Part shown: positions 1 through 12,721 of the stretch, piece after piece
How positions within the stretch are numbered: the stretch's first letter is position 1
Layout of the letters: each line of letters starts with the position of its first letter
DNA from: Octopus sinensis
Taxonomy: Eukaryota
DNA length: 64,000 bases
Assembly: GCF_006345805.1 (NCBI RefSeq)
Contig: NC_043008.1
Coordinates: 41,106,001-41,170,000 of the forward strand
Direction: 5' to 3'
The notes under the pieces: generated by a model
Database searches by the model: none
Told to the model about the DNA's origin: nothing
What the model saw: the letters and a program-made list of their open reading frames with translations, nothing else
Program-made: the position numbers and the translations under genes

Positions 1-574
1 ATTGCACTTACACGACTGCATCGTTCGTTAAAATGTTTTTGTTATTCTTTAATGGTAATTGATGTAAGATTGAATAATTAACGCTCACGCACATAATAGA
101 GACGTTTGAATTTATTTTTACAATCCAGCCGTCCTTCCAGAGAGGATTTCGTCTTTCCGAACCGATGGAACCTGAAGTGACTTATATATAATTGAACTGT
201 AATTATGTATATCAGAAAAAAAAACATAAATATAAGTCGAAACAATTTGATGGGCTTTTACTGTTTATATAATTATTTATATTATGTTATTTTATTTATC
301 ATATTCATAGTATCTTATGTCATATTCTAATATAAATAAATTATGACTATCAATAGAATATATCTATCTTTATATATATATATCTTATATACAAACACTC
401 ATACACGCAAATATGGTCAAAAACTGCCCTCAGAATGATATTGAACTCGCAAAACGATTTCTAAATGAACAATCAATAATTATTTGTCATTTTGTTTTCT
501 AGAGTATATTGCAATTCAAATCCAAACCTAAATTACTCACATATGCACTTTTCTCGTTTGTTCAATTCTGTTTC

Positions 575-843
575 CATTTCTTGACATCCATCCAACTTAT
601 TACTTTGGGCTTGATTCAGATTCGATCTTATACCTGGTAGGAATTATATTGATAGCGGGTTTACTACTTGTAACCTTAGGTATCCACAAGTTTTCAGCGG
701 GCTTTCAAATGCTTTGAACCCTCCTGGAAATGCTTGCTCTTCCTAAGAGACAAACTTTCTGTAGGAGCTCTACCGGGCATTATCTTTCAATCTCCATCAA
801 CCATTTGTATATATCTTGGCTTACTGTTCTCAACACACCAATT
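575..843 (-). mobile_element. Dong/R4-type non-LTR retrotransposon, 3' end fragment (REL endonuclease C-terminus + 3' UTR)
   Basis: Minus-strand translation IGVLRTVSQDIYKWLMEIER*CPVELLQKVCLLGRASISRRVQSI* fits the IGALGTV...LQK..LLGTA.I.R.VL C-terminus of REL-type LINEs. It abuts an (ATT)n tract, and a related copy lies at 44641-44828. Confidence 0.75.
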
Positions 844-857
844 ATTATTATTATTAT

Positions 858-904
<47 letters not shown>

Positions 905-929
905 GTAGTGGTGGTGGTGGTGGTGGTGA

Positions 930-985
<56 letters not shown>
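841..985. repeat. Compound trinucleotide microsatellite (ATT)n(AGT)n(GGT)n
   Basis: Directly visible; source of ORFs 730-1079. Confidence 0.95.
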
Positions 986-1199
986 TATTCCATGGAAGTT
1001 GACTTTGCCCTTCATCCATTAACGGTGGATGAAATAAGTAGCAGTTAAATATTGGATTCGATATATCAACTAGCCCCATCCGACCAAAATAGTAAAAAGA
1101 TTAACATTATGATTACTGTATTTTATTTCTATAAGCGTGGTTTTGTTTTAAAAGTAAATGTATTTGACACTTAGCGATTAGTTATCCGTTCTGAGTTTC

Positions 1200-2400
1200 A
1201 ACATTTCTACGACACCTGCTCATGTCATATCGCCCAGTGTGCTAATAGAGACATAATCGGCTAGACGAAGTCTAAACTAGCACTCCTATGAAATGAACAC
1301 GATTACAAGGGTTGCTGGATATCCAACTTCACGAACGAATATAGGAAAAGAAACGGTCATTCTAGTACAGGGATAACAGAGAGTAACTTTAGAAGTGCCT
1401 AAAGTATTATGTCCTTATTGCCTACAGGGGGCTAAACATAGAGGAGACAAACAACGACAGACAAAGGGAGCAAGCCTATTATATCGACTCCAGTGCGTAA
1501 CTGGTACTTATGTAATCGACCCCGAAAGGATGAAAGGCCGAGTCGACCTCGGCGGAATTTTAACACAGAACGTAACGGCAAACGAAATATAGTTAGTCAG
1601 TTCGCCCAGCGTGCTATCGATTTCGTCCGCTCGCTGCCCTTAAGTGACTAAAATATTGGACATGGTCTTTCAGTGAGTTACGCCTAAATGATGTGGGGAT
1701 CAAATTTCTCGTGTAACATCTAATATACGTATTGTATTGAATTCAATGTTTATTCATGTTTCTAGACGCTGTATTGTAGGAATATTTGGGCTTACTGGCG
1801 AGAAGCATATTGTGTCATTACTTATTATGATTTGGTTGATTCTGCCATTTAACAATATCCTAGTGATTAAACTATTCGATTTTGAAATCGACTCGGATGT
1901 ATTTTTTTTTTTATTTCGAGTTACTGTACATACAATAATTCACTGATCAACCAGCCTGGAAGCTTTTAAATGGTAAATTATGGAGTTATATATTGTAAAC
2001 AAATCTACCTAAAATAATGCCGACCCAAATATCTAAGATTACTTTTTTATTTCCCTACTCATAGGAAACAGACGGGTTTACCGCGGCTGAATTGCCTTCA
2101 AACGCAGGTTGACAGGTTTAATCTACACCACTATGGCTACAAACGCAGTTGGTACTACTGCTAAAATTCTTTGAGAACTATCTTCTATGATACTGCTTGC
2201 AAATATACTATAATTATTTTCACCATGTTTCTTCTAGCTGTCATGAAAACCAATATTTCATAATTATGTTATAAACTATATAAATATTATATCGCAAGCG
2301 AGATGTAGCTCACTGCTTTCAACCAATCTATAAGGTAAATATTTAAAACTAATCATTTCTGTTAATGTTCCTCGATACGAAATCTCTGCAATTTCGGTTA
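1200..2400 (-). pseudogene. Decayed superfamily-1 RNA-virus-type helicase (Viral_helicase1-like), candidate endogenous +ssRNA viral element
   Basis: Ordered motif remnants on the minus strand: IGFHDS*KK (I, 2228-2254), RILAVVPTAFVA (Ia, 2135-2170), LF*VD / IIL(D)E-like (II, ~1995-2019), ILLNGRINQI (III, ~1830-1860), NTIRILDVT (IV, ~1712-1738), FVREVG (V, ~1322-1340), YDMSRCRRNV (VI, ~1200-1230). Contains stops and frameshifts and is interrupted by a SINE. Confidence 0.4.
1409..1641 (-). mobile_element. tRNA-derived SINE (Nin/Deu-domain type) with target-site duplication
   Basis: Reverse complement has the GCCTTTCATCCTTTCGGGGTCGAT..AAGTACCAG central domain. Flanked by diverged 16-bp direct repeats aagtgcctaaagtatt (1393-1408) and aagtgactaaaatatt (1642-1657). 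Confidence 0.85.
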
Positions 2401-2889
2401 GCTTTAGTCATATTTTGTAGTAGAAATGTTGTAAATGGGTGAAAGGTTTTTCAATATATATTTAATCATATGCAGAAATTCGTTTGTAGATATTTGTACA
2501 CATCTAACTAGGAATTAAATGACACAGTATTCATATTGAGGTATCCGTTTACTAGAGGTAAAATACTCGATTGGATTAGATATTTGACTTTTTGTGGTCT
2601 TGGCCCTTCGTTCAAGTAAATTTGGGGACATTGTCTGCTGCAGCAGCAGTTATCAATCGCGTATGGATTTAATAATATCAATGGTTAAATCTTGTGTTTT
2701 ACACTACGTGTACCGGTATTTTTCTGTGTCCAATGTTAGACGAAGATAGCGGGGATAAATATCGCTTCGGAATGGATTCCTCGTGAAGCTCTTAATTTGA
2801 GGGGGATAGTTATTCATCATATGATACAATTATCAAACATATGAGAATGGCAACGGCCCAAAGGAGAGGCAAAGGAAAATGGATATCAA

Positions 2890-3095
2890 CCTGCTGATGA
2901 AGAGACTATTAAAGCTACTGCTATTGCTGCTGATGATGATGGTGATGATAGTAGTAATGGTAGTGGTGGCGGCAATGGCTGCGGTGGTGATGGTCGTTGT
3001 GGGGAGGAGGAGGAGGGGAGTCATGAGGAATGTAAAAACGCCGTTGGTGACGACGAAGACAAAGGCGACGATGGCAATGCTGATGATGAGTATAA
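2890..3095. repeat. Degenerate GAT/GGT/GAG trinucleotide low-complexity tract
   Basis: Directly visible. Confidence 0.85.
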
Positions 3096-5074
3096 ACATA
3101 AGCAAAAACTAGAAATCTGACCAATGGAACCTTATAGAAATTTTGAAACACGGAAACACCCAAAAGCAAATCTTGTTTATTACAATCGCTAATTTATTCA
3201 CTTACGGGGCATATGGCTCGCAACGATATCATCCTGAAAATAATGATGACCCTTTACTTATCACTAAAATTACCAAGCAACGAAGCCGGTCAGAAATTTC
3301 TTGAATGGCTCCTTATTTTTAAAGTCAAGGTCAACAGCAATAACTCTGTTTTCAAATCAACTAACTTAGTAATTTTTGGAGCTAATTCATCTTCAGTTCT
3401 AACAATATCTTAAAGTATAATGCCTCCGAGCTGTGTCTTTCTAAATATTACCGCAGTAGATTGCTTCCGCGTTTGACTTATATATTCACTCTTACAACGA
3501 TTTTAAAAATAGCAAAATGAATATAATATTCTCGTAATTGTAAATCAATAGCTGTGTTTACCAATTAAGATATTAGGGTTCTGTGCGATGCTTAGCGCTG
3601 AAATCTTTCCAGAAATATCTCAATAATTAGATTGTTTCCGCAAACTCATTAAAAATTAGCTGAATCTATCTTACATCTGCTACCATGGGTCTTTAACTGA
3701 AAATAGCTTTCTTTTTATTACCGTTTAAAAGAGAGAAATTATATTTTTATTTACTTTCTAATTAACAATTTAACCTCTTTATTGTGGCAATAAAATTAAT
3801 TTATTGTTGATAAAAATGTTATATCAATAAACCTTTTGTTCCTGTGCTTCATGTGAAAGAAATTAAATAATTGCCAGTCGTTATACATACATGCATATAT
3901 ATGTATGTGCGTGTTTGTATGTGTGTAGATAGATATATAGATAGATAGAGAGATAGATAGAGATAGAGAGAGAGAGAAACTTTAATATTAATTCTCATTT
4001 ACGTGCGTGTAGTCCAATATCAACGCTGTTATGATGGATCGGTATTTTATCGCAAATATATCGCTGTCACTTTTTATTGCTTCAAACCTTTTGTTGAAAC
4101 TTAAGAAGTACGTGTCCAAGAAATATCGATTCACACAAAAATATATGGATTAAATATTTGCGATGATGTTCACCGAGTTTGTACTGTCGCTAGATTCCAT
4201 AATGATGTACTATACTAAAAATGTGCTTCTTGTATCATACTAATTCCATGACCTTTCATACACGTAACGTGCGTAGATTTTAGGTTAAATATATTAATAT
4301 TTAAACACTTACGGTGTGGTTATAAGATAATGGCAGACTGCTTTGACGCACTTTCTAGTCTCGTTTGCTTATTCCTCCGATTTCACATTTTTCAATAAAA
4401 TGTTTGGCTGTTATAATACTTGTAAACAGGAAAAATATGTTAACTGTTTCCAACAACGGATTAAACATTGACTTTTTCTGTGATGCTCATTATTTTTGTT
4501 GAGCTGTCTATTTAAAACTTGATGTAAATGCATTGTATCATATAACTAGATTTAGGAGGACCCCCGAGGATATGTGCTTCAGTGGCACAACATTAATATT
4601 TTCCTAATCATATAAAGCGGTTGACCTTAGCCTATGTTTATTTAACTTGGAGGAGAGAAGGATAATCTATAAAGTACTACAACTGATATTCCCAATACTG
4701 GATTTCATTTGGAGTTCGTGATTGAAAGCGGCTATAAAAAGGTTAGTAATCCTGCCATCTGATATATATAGAAGGTGTATTTTTTAGTTTGTAAACTATA
4801 AATATACTCAACTAATGCCCTGAACTGTAAATATTTACGTTAGTAAATTGATTGCATCAAATACGACAGCGTGTAACAAAACTGTTAACGCTGTAACCAG
4901 ATTGTGCTTTGGGAACATTCAATGATTTCGACGTCAAGAAATGTTTGCCTTCAATTAGAATATGGTGACCAAGTCTTTTAATTAGCAATTCCCTGAGAAT
5001 ATACCGCAGTGATTTGTAAATTTATTTAATGCACTTGAACCCACATGATGGGGTGATTGGACAGCAACTGTTTA

Positions 5075-5325
5075 TCTTTCTTTCTTTTATCTTTTACTTG
5101 TTTGAGTTATTAGACTACGGTCATGATGGGGCACTGCCTTGAATTTTGTTTTTAGTCGAATAAATCGAGCTCAGTACTCATTTTTTAAACCGGGTACTTA
5201 TGCTATCGGTCGCTTGTCAATAGGTGATAGGGGAAGGAACACAGACCCACACAAATAAATAGATTTACATACTGAACCAGGAACCATGTGGTTGGGAGAC
5301 AAGCTTCTTACAACAGCAACTCCAC
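5075..5325 (-). mobile_element. SINE, internally deleted copy of the family at 30914-31320
   Basis: Reverse complement shares the head (GTAAGAAGCTTG..CCAACCACATGGTTCC..GTTCAGT) and the 3' tail with 30914-31320. Confidence 0.7.
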
Positions 5326-7114
5326 TACGAAATTTTAATGAAGTCCACAAGAGAAATGTGTTGTCCGCTATAATTACTATTGATTTACTCACAATGACAT
5401 TAATTTTCAAGTCGATATCATTGATATCAGTATTTGAATGTTATCTTAGTTTTACAACCATAAAATGATGGCAGAAACAGTTGGCTAAGGCGGGAGTTAA
5501 ACGCAGAACGTAAGGAGCTGGAACGCATGTTGCAAATCATTGTTTTCTCCATTTTTCCCATCCAGTTTACTTTATCACAGTTTATAATTGTTTCTCGTTA
5601 GAGGTCCCACCGATATGACGAAAGAGTTTTAGTCGATTCCATTCTCCTCATTACCCGATTAGTACTTTCCTTTATCGACCCCAAAGGATTGAAAGCAAGA
5701 TTTCAAATCGGTAATTAAATAACAGAGAGAACTTACTTCGACTCTGTAGCGATTCCGCCAGACCACAATCCTTATGGCAGTTAATAAGATCAAACGATAG
5801 GCTTAACTGTGAAACAAAAACAAAATATTCCATTTGAAAACGCAAAACATCCCCTGTATCCAAGGCAAAAAGACTCCAGTCCACTCAAATCTATCTATTA
5901 GTAGGATATCAGTTTTTCTAGATTAGATATACGATCAGTATCTGTAGTAATGGAAATTATTCGATTATATCGACCAACACTCATTGATAATTTATATTTT
6001 AATCGACGTTAAAAACATGAAACGTAACGTCGAACCTGTCAGAATTTGATCTCTGAAAATAAATCGAAGAAACTAAGTGTGAATAGGCAAATAGTTTAGT
6101 CCAACACAGTCTCTATGGTTTAAATCATTAACAGCTTTAGGGAATATTTTCCATTAGATATTAGCGATATTACATTTATTATTACATCGATTGATGTATT
6201 TTTTTCTTGTATAAGACAGCTTGAAAATTGATGAGGTACACTTTGGTAATGTTTAGTTGTAGGACAAACATCATTTCTGTCATAAGCCTTCCCCATCAAA
6301 CACCAATTTCTTAAATATAACGTTGTATAGTTCAGTAGATAACGACTTGTCACTTTCACCCTTGTCAATAAATTTAACAATTGTTTAAGAGACTCTGCAT
6401 TGACCTTGAATCCCAACATAATAGATCATAATTATATGCTTCTTTCGATGCCATGTGATTTATTTCTAACATTATATTTGTCCTTCACACAGGGAATGAT
6501 CTAACTGCCTGCGTGTCGCTTGCAGTATTGTTAACAAACGATTGATCAAAACAGAAATTCAGTTTCTACTATTGTTAAGGTTTATAACTGTCTTTCACAA
6601 AACAGTTGGTGTTACATTTTACTTTTATTTTATTAGTTACTTTTCGAGTTTTGAAGTGGTATGATGAGTATCTCAGACAATTTACTTTTGTCATGTCCAT
6701 CCACAGAGAAAAAATGCCTTAAATATAATGTAAACCTCTTGTTAATATCTTTATATTGCATTTTAAGAATAAATCTTAACAGAAACAGGCTGTGCCTAAT
6801 CTGCTGCTTCAACTCGTCTATGTGCCATACGATTATACTTTGCCATTATTACGTTCATTATGTTTGGGGTCGATAAAATGAGGACCAGCTCAGCACTGGG
6901 ATCAATGTAATAGCTTTTCCTCTTACCCCGAAACTGTAGGCCTCTTACCAAAATGTGAAGCCGTTATTATGTTCATTATCAGTTGGACAACAAGCATCAT
7001 GGCACTGAGTTGAAACAATGACTATATAACCATACTACAAGCACTATATATACATACAGTCATAAACAGCCATGAACTTATAGTCTTCCATCATACCATA
7101 GATACTTCTTTTAC

Positions 7115-7516
7115 TATCATTTTATATGCTTCAGCCATTTGACTGCAGCCATGCTGGAGCACCGCCTTGAAGGTTTGTAGTCAAAGAAATCGACCCTAGT
7201 CTTTATTCTTTATAAGCCTAGTGCTTCTTCTACCGGTTTCGTTTACCGAACAGCGAAATTACGGTTACGTAAACACACAGACATCGGTTGCTAAGACAGA
7301 CACAAAGACGCGCGCGCGCACACACACGTACACATATCATTTCTTTTTCATGTCTCAGTCATTTGACTGCGGCCATATTAGAGCACCGCCTTTAGTCGAG
7401 CAAATCGATCCCAGGACATATTGTTTGTAAGCCTAATACTTATTCTATCAGTCTCATTTGCCGCTAAGTTACTTGAATGTAAATACACCAGCATGGGTTG
7501 TAAACACACCAGCATC

Positions 7517-7518
<2 letters not shown>
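7115..7518 (-). mobile_element. Two tandem SINE 3' halves (family of 30914-31320)
   Basis: CATTTGACTGC.GCCAT..T.GAGCACCGCCTT occurs at ~7136 and ~7360; reverse complement of the tail of 30914-31320. Confidence 0.8.
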
Positions 7519-7555
<37 letters not shown>

Positions 7556-8501
7556 CGCTCACGATTCTACTGGCTCACCACCTTAACCTAAATGTGCAAT
7601 AATAGATTACTCTTCATTATAATTTGAAGAGCTTTTGAATCTCCGTATCACACCGTAGACAAGCACCATATAAGCACAAATATCACGCACGCTATCCTCA
7701 AGAGGAGTGTAAAACTTCACACACTGTGGATACCCTAATTAGTTGATCTTCACAGGTGGATGTCAGTCCAAATGTCATTTTGAAAAGAAGGTAGTTGTCA
7801 TTTTGAATTGTCACATGTTCTCCTCACAATAGAAGTCATATTTCACCGAAATCGTTTCCCATCTTAAAAACGGAAAACCACAATACCTTATGTATGTGTG
7901 ACCTCAGTGTCGATTGTTCCTGTTGTTGAAATACTGAGTGAGGGTTAAATATTCCCCGCAACTTTTTCATACAATTACAGTCAATATTTGGAAAGCATTC
8001 AAAACATAGTAGTGTGAGATGGCATGACTCAATCTCACTGATTTATACTTTCAAGATTTGACAAGAAAAAAGTAAAACAGCGGAAAAAGAGTGTAATTTA
8101 GACAGCCGTTAAATGCATTAGTGTTCGATGTCAATATTTTTACAGTAATGGGGGAAGATGTTTTGTTTTTCCTTTATTTAATGTAATAAGCTACAGAGAT
8201 AGATATTGAAGCCCTTTTCGAAATTATGCCACCTTCATATATATGCACTATACTGATTGCAAAACTTACATTGAAATCGAAACATTGCTTTGTTAATAAA
8301 GACAAATTATGTCACTAAATTAAATTAAATGCAACAGTATGAAGTATCCTGAAAAGAAAATCCGTTCTATATAAGCCTGCAGGTGTGAAACTTTTCATTT
8401 AGAATATTATTCATTAACAGAAATAAATAGACATTGATCATTACTTTCCAAATAATACAATAGACGTACACATTATATATGTGTGTGTATGCGTGTGTGT
8501 G

Positions 8502-8993
8502 TACATACAACATTTAGAGGAATGACCACTAAAGTGGAACCCTCTATGCTAAATATAGACGTCAAATCGCCATTAGCATGAAGAATGTGTTCTCAAGAAA
8601 AGGCAGAGTAATTTCCGGCCTCAGCGCGCCAAACTGAAGGTATGAAAAAATTGCACCCAAATATAAATGCAGAACTTTATACATGTTAATTTTTGGTTGA
8701 GCGTTCTGTATCTAGTTCTCGAAATTGCGTTTTGTAAACAACAGACTACCCTGATGATCTTGCAGGTGTCTGCGTGTTTTATATACGTAGATATTAACAA
8801 GTGAAACCAATGGTACGTAGGTAATCGTTGTTATTTCGTATGTTTAAATTTGTCTTGCTCATTTTTTTACATTTTGGTGTTTTGCTGAGACTTTTTCTTG
8901 AGAACACATTCTTCGAGGTAATGGCAATTTGACGTCTATGTTTAGCATATAGGGTGTCCATATCAGTGGTCATTCCTCTAAATTTTGTATGTA
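8502..8993. mobile_element. MITE-like / foldback element with ~100-bp terminal inverted repeats
   Basis: 8502-8602 (tacatacaacatttagaggaatgaccact...gaagaatgtgttctcaagaaaa) is the imperfect reverse complement of 8892-8993; TA at both ends; no ORF inside. Confidence 0.8.
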
Positions 8994-9086
8994 TCACCAT
9001 CCTTAATCTTCAGATTTTTTAAATATGCTAAGCCACTGGTTTTAATTGATTAACATCAATTCCTACACTTAGTATTTAATATATAC

Positions 9087-9117
<31 letters not shown>

Positions 9118-9289
9118 ATATATATATACAAAATGAGAAAATGGAGAAACATACCTAAATCAATCATCAATCATTAGTCTTGTTGGGTACCTCTCTAGCA
9201 GTATATTGGATATATATTATCCCATGGAGGGTTGAATTTACAACCCCTATCTCATTTCATAATATATATATATAATATATATATATAAT

Positions 9290-9337
<48 letters not shown>

Positions 9338-10384
9338 TATAAGCAACGTTTATTAACATCTCAATGTCATGTTGCTGTACTATCCATATCTAACTCTGGT
9401 AGAGTTTCGATTCCGTAAAACTAGTATAGTATCATTCGTTCTCTATCTCTATGATTTCATTTATGAAAATACAGCGTACCTGAAATCACATTGTTCAATG
9501 TATCCCCCATCCTTGATTTCTGTACGAATGCAACGTTTGCTCTGAAAGTACGTGTCGTGTACTGCTAACATGTCGAGTGACTGGAGAAAATTGTTTCAAA
9601 TAGCTAAAAGGTATTAACTTCAATTTCTGTAGCCTCATTCATTATTGTATAATAATATGGATATCATATATTTATGTAACATTATTGTTATATTATAATA
9701 ATATAAATAGTATATATTTCTCTTTTACCGTTGCTTTTATTGAATTATATTTTGCTCTAGCATTTACACTGAAGTTTTTACACTGGCAGTTTACGATCTG
9801 TAAAATGGATTCCACGAAGATTTTAACTAATTTGATCAAAGTTTTGCAAATTCCAATTTACATCAACAATTTACGAAAATGTTACTGATATTAGTAGATA
9901 GGTTACGTGAGAATAAGTTCTCTACTAAACACCGTCATAAAAACAGGAAATATAATTAGAACATACAGACTGGAGCAGTTAAAATGTAAAAGATCATATT
10001 CATAAGCTTTTAAATAAGAAATGTATATGAAATATCCTAAATTTTATATCGTAATATTGAACAGAAATGATTAAAGTTGTGAAACATATCCAGATGTTTT
10101 TAGAGAATGAAAATATACTTGGATTTATCCTCTGTCGAATTTAGAGGACACTGTGTATGAGAAAATATGTCCGCTATGCAACAAATCTTTGCATACCTGT
10201 TAAAAGCTAATTATGCGAAGTTAATTATAAACTTACGCAATATGAGAATGTACAGCAGAAATTTAATGTAGATTGTAACCTTTAATAGCGTAAGTTCACA
10301 GACGGTTTTATGCAAAGACATTATGCAAAAGTTAGTGCTCAGCCAGTATGTATGTATGTATCTACCTATATACGCACGTATCTT

Positions 10385-10725
10385 GGTAGGTAGGTAGGTA
10401 GGTAGGTAGGTAGGTAGGTAGGTAGGTAAGTAGGTAGGAAGGTAGGTAGGCAGACACGCAGGTAGATAGGCAGGCAGGTAGGTAAGAAGGTAGGTAGACA
10501 GGCAGGTAGGTAGGAAGGCAGGTAGGCAGGCAGGTAGGCATGTAGGCAGGCAGGTAGGTAGGTAAGAAGGTGGGTAGGTAGGCAGGCAGGTAGGTAAGAA
10601 GGTAGGTAGGTAGGTAGGTAGGTAGGTAGGTAGGCAGGCAGGTAGGTAGGTAGGAAATTTGGTAGGTAGGTAGGTAACTACGTGCGTACGTACTTACGTA
10701 GGCAGGCAGGTAGTTAGGTAGGTAT
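10385..10725. repeat. (GGTA)n/(GGCA)n tetranucleotide microsatellite
   Basis: Directly visible; source of the YLPT-repeat ORF. Confidence 0.95.
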
Positions 10726-11589
10726 TTTCTTTTACCCAACCCTTCAAATGTTCTAGTTTTGTCATATACGTTTTCCTAACAGATTTTGGGTTTCATCTTC
10801 CATCAACTCCTTTTTATGGACTTCATGTCCCCGCCACTATAAAATATATTTATTAAAATGTAAGACTTCCAGACTTTGCTTTGTTATCGTTCTTATTTTT
10901 TTTTAGAAAAATTAATATATATTTCCTGGTATAAAATATTTAACATTCATATGAACATAAAAAAATTATTCATTTCATAAGACAGATAAACCAATAAAGA
11001 ACATAAATTTGCCAATATTCAATTTTCAACGTGCGCTTCTTTTATAGTTTTCGAAAAAACTATATAATTATTACTGTTTATTTATTAATAGGTTTCATTT
11101 TTCTATCATCTCCAGAGATTGACGTATTGACAAGCAAATAGTTAAAAGAAAATCTGACGAGGGAGACGATAACTTTTTTTTTACAAAAGAATACGTGATA
11201 GATAAATGGCAAATAATCTGGGTTACATAACATTATAACAATTCTTATCAATATAGTTCGTGACAAGTATAGTTATTGGCTATTTAAAAATGCCGTAGCC
11301 CTTCAAGGAAGCAAATATCATATGATGAAGGACAGAACATTTGGAATTGTTTGCAGCAGCCACGATTTAATTTGAGACGATAACATGTATAATTTTCGAT
11401 GATATAGTGCTCGGTTTGATTCCATTTTGCAACAGTGCTTTCGACATGTGTCCTGTGCCGGGTTCTTAGAGAAATTTGATAAATCTTGAATATGTAGATG
11501 TACATATGTCTACATGTCACTAGTTCACGTAACCCGACGATTAGATACTGTCATACATCGGTGTCCACAATGCGCTTTGCATTGATTTA

Positions 11590-11810
11590 GATTTCAAACT
11601 TTCCACACCGCTGGCCAGAGCAGCAAGCCAGCATCCCGCCCCCATTGACCGGCAGGGTAGTCTGTCGCATGGGTACCTGTTTTAAAGCTGAGTGGACTGG
11701 AGGAATTGGATTTGTGGACATTTGCTCAAGAACAAAACGCGCCACTCGATCCGGGAATAGAACCCACAATCACTAGATGATGATTGCAACCTTTACCTAC
11801 TATGACACGA
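11590..11810 (-). mobile_element. Old tRNA-derived SINE remnant
   Basis: Reverse complement has a B-box-like GGGTTCTATTCCCGGA followed by TTGTTCTTGAGCAAATG and CCAGTCCACTCAGCT, typical of CORE-type SINE bodies. Confidence 0.55.
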
Positions 11811-11820
11811 CTCTTCAGAT

Positions 11821-11891
<71 letters not shown>

Positions 11892-11896
11892 TATAT

Positions 11897-12720
11897 ACAC
11901 AGACATGACAGAAGTAGATGGACACCCCATAAAACATTGTTTTATGTTCATTTTAAGATGAAGAAAATAATATCTTGAATTAATGGACATTTTTACGTTG
12001 TACAGAAGAAGCCTTGGAACTGTCCAAATTTCAAAGAGGTCATACTGTCGGTGCATCTGAATGTGGTGGACTTACTCAGAGGAAAATTGAAGAAAACCTT
12101 GGGATCCCACTTTCTATAGTTAATAGGGTGATTGTGCAATTCACCAGTGAGGAGGAGGCCACATCAACCTGCCCCAGGCGACCAGGTCTCTCTGACAGGA
12201 CCCATTTCCTTGTTAAGTAAAGAATTGAGGATAATCTTCTTTGAAGGCTTCTGGCGTAGCAGAACATAGCAGAAGTTGATCTCAGTCCCAGAACAGCTAT
12301 CTGGTATCTCCACACATTTGGTTATTATGGCAGGACAGCAATAACAAAGCCACTTCTTTGACCAGCCACCCTCTAGCGGAGAAAAGATTAGGCCAGTGAG
12401 ATGATGGAATGGCCGCTAGAATTTTGGGCCACTATCATATTCACTGATTAGTCCAGATTTGCTATATTTTCTGACGGTGATCGATTTTAGGGCTGCAGAC
12501 TTTGTGATAAAAAAATTTACAAGGAAAGATTGCAACCAACAATGAAACAAGGCGACTATTCTGTTTTAGTCTGGGGGGGCAATTAGGGGTAATTGTCAAT
12601 CAGAACAGATTGGGTGTGTCGGAAACATAAACTCAGATATATGTCTACCCATATTGCAGAAAGAACTCCTTCCAATCTTCTCCAATGGTGAAATGACTAA
12701 AGAAATCTCTTCTTTTGTGG
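11897..12720 (+). mobile_element. Tc1-family transposon, 5' part (TIR + degenerate transposase)
   Basis: TA|CAC...GAAGTAGATGGACACCCC terminus. Translation [12 protein letters not shown]...[20 protein letters not shown] (HTH), then ...GYYGRTAITKPLL...WATIIFTD*SRF...LQPTMKQGDYSVLVWG, i.e. the Tc1 W..V.FSDESRF and PTVK.GGG.V.VWG motifs. Confidence 0.9.
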
Positions 12721-12721
12721 A

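Larger units (their letters stand above)
2410..6850 (-). pseudogene. Patchy decayed coding sequence upstream of the helicase remnant (possible rest of a viral polyprotein)
   Basis: Several stop-poor, compositionally complex minus-strand stretches between repeats: ~2410-2820 (MMNNYPPQIKSFTRNPFRSDIYPRYLRL...), ~3280-3410 (DIVRTEDELAPKITKLV / NRVIAVDLDFKNKEPFKKFLTG), ~4860-5020, 6120-6419 ORF, ~6635-6840. No family recognised. Confidence 0.3.

Noticed and set aside
730-1079. Poly-S/V/L/T ORFs, and similar YI-, YLSI-, poly-I, poly-M and poly-D ORFs throughout the track
   Set aside because: They are translations of microsatellites with no coding signal.
9465-9600. LINE APE endonuclease fragment
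   Set aside because: Only a vague resemblance (DTYFQ..K, QCDF); too weak to call.
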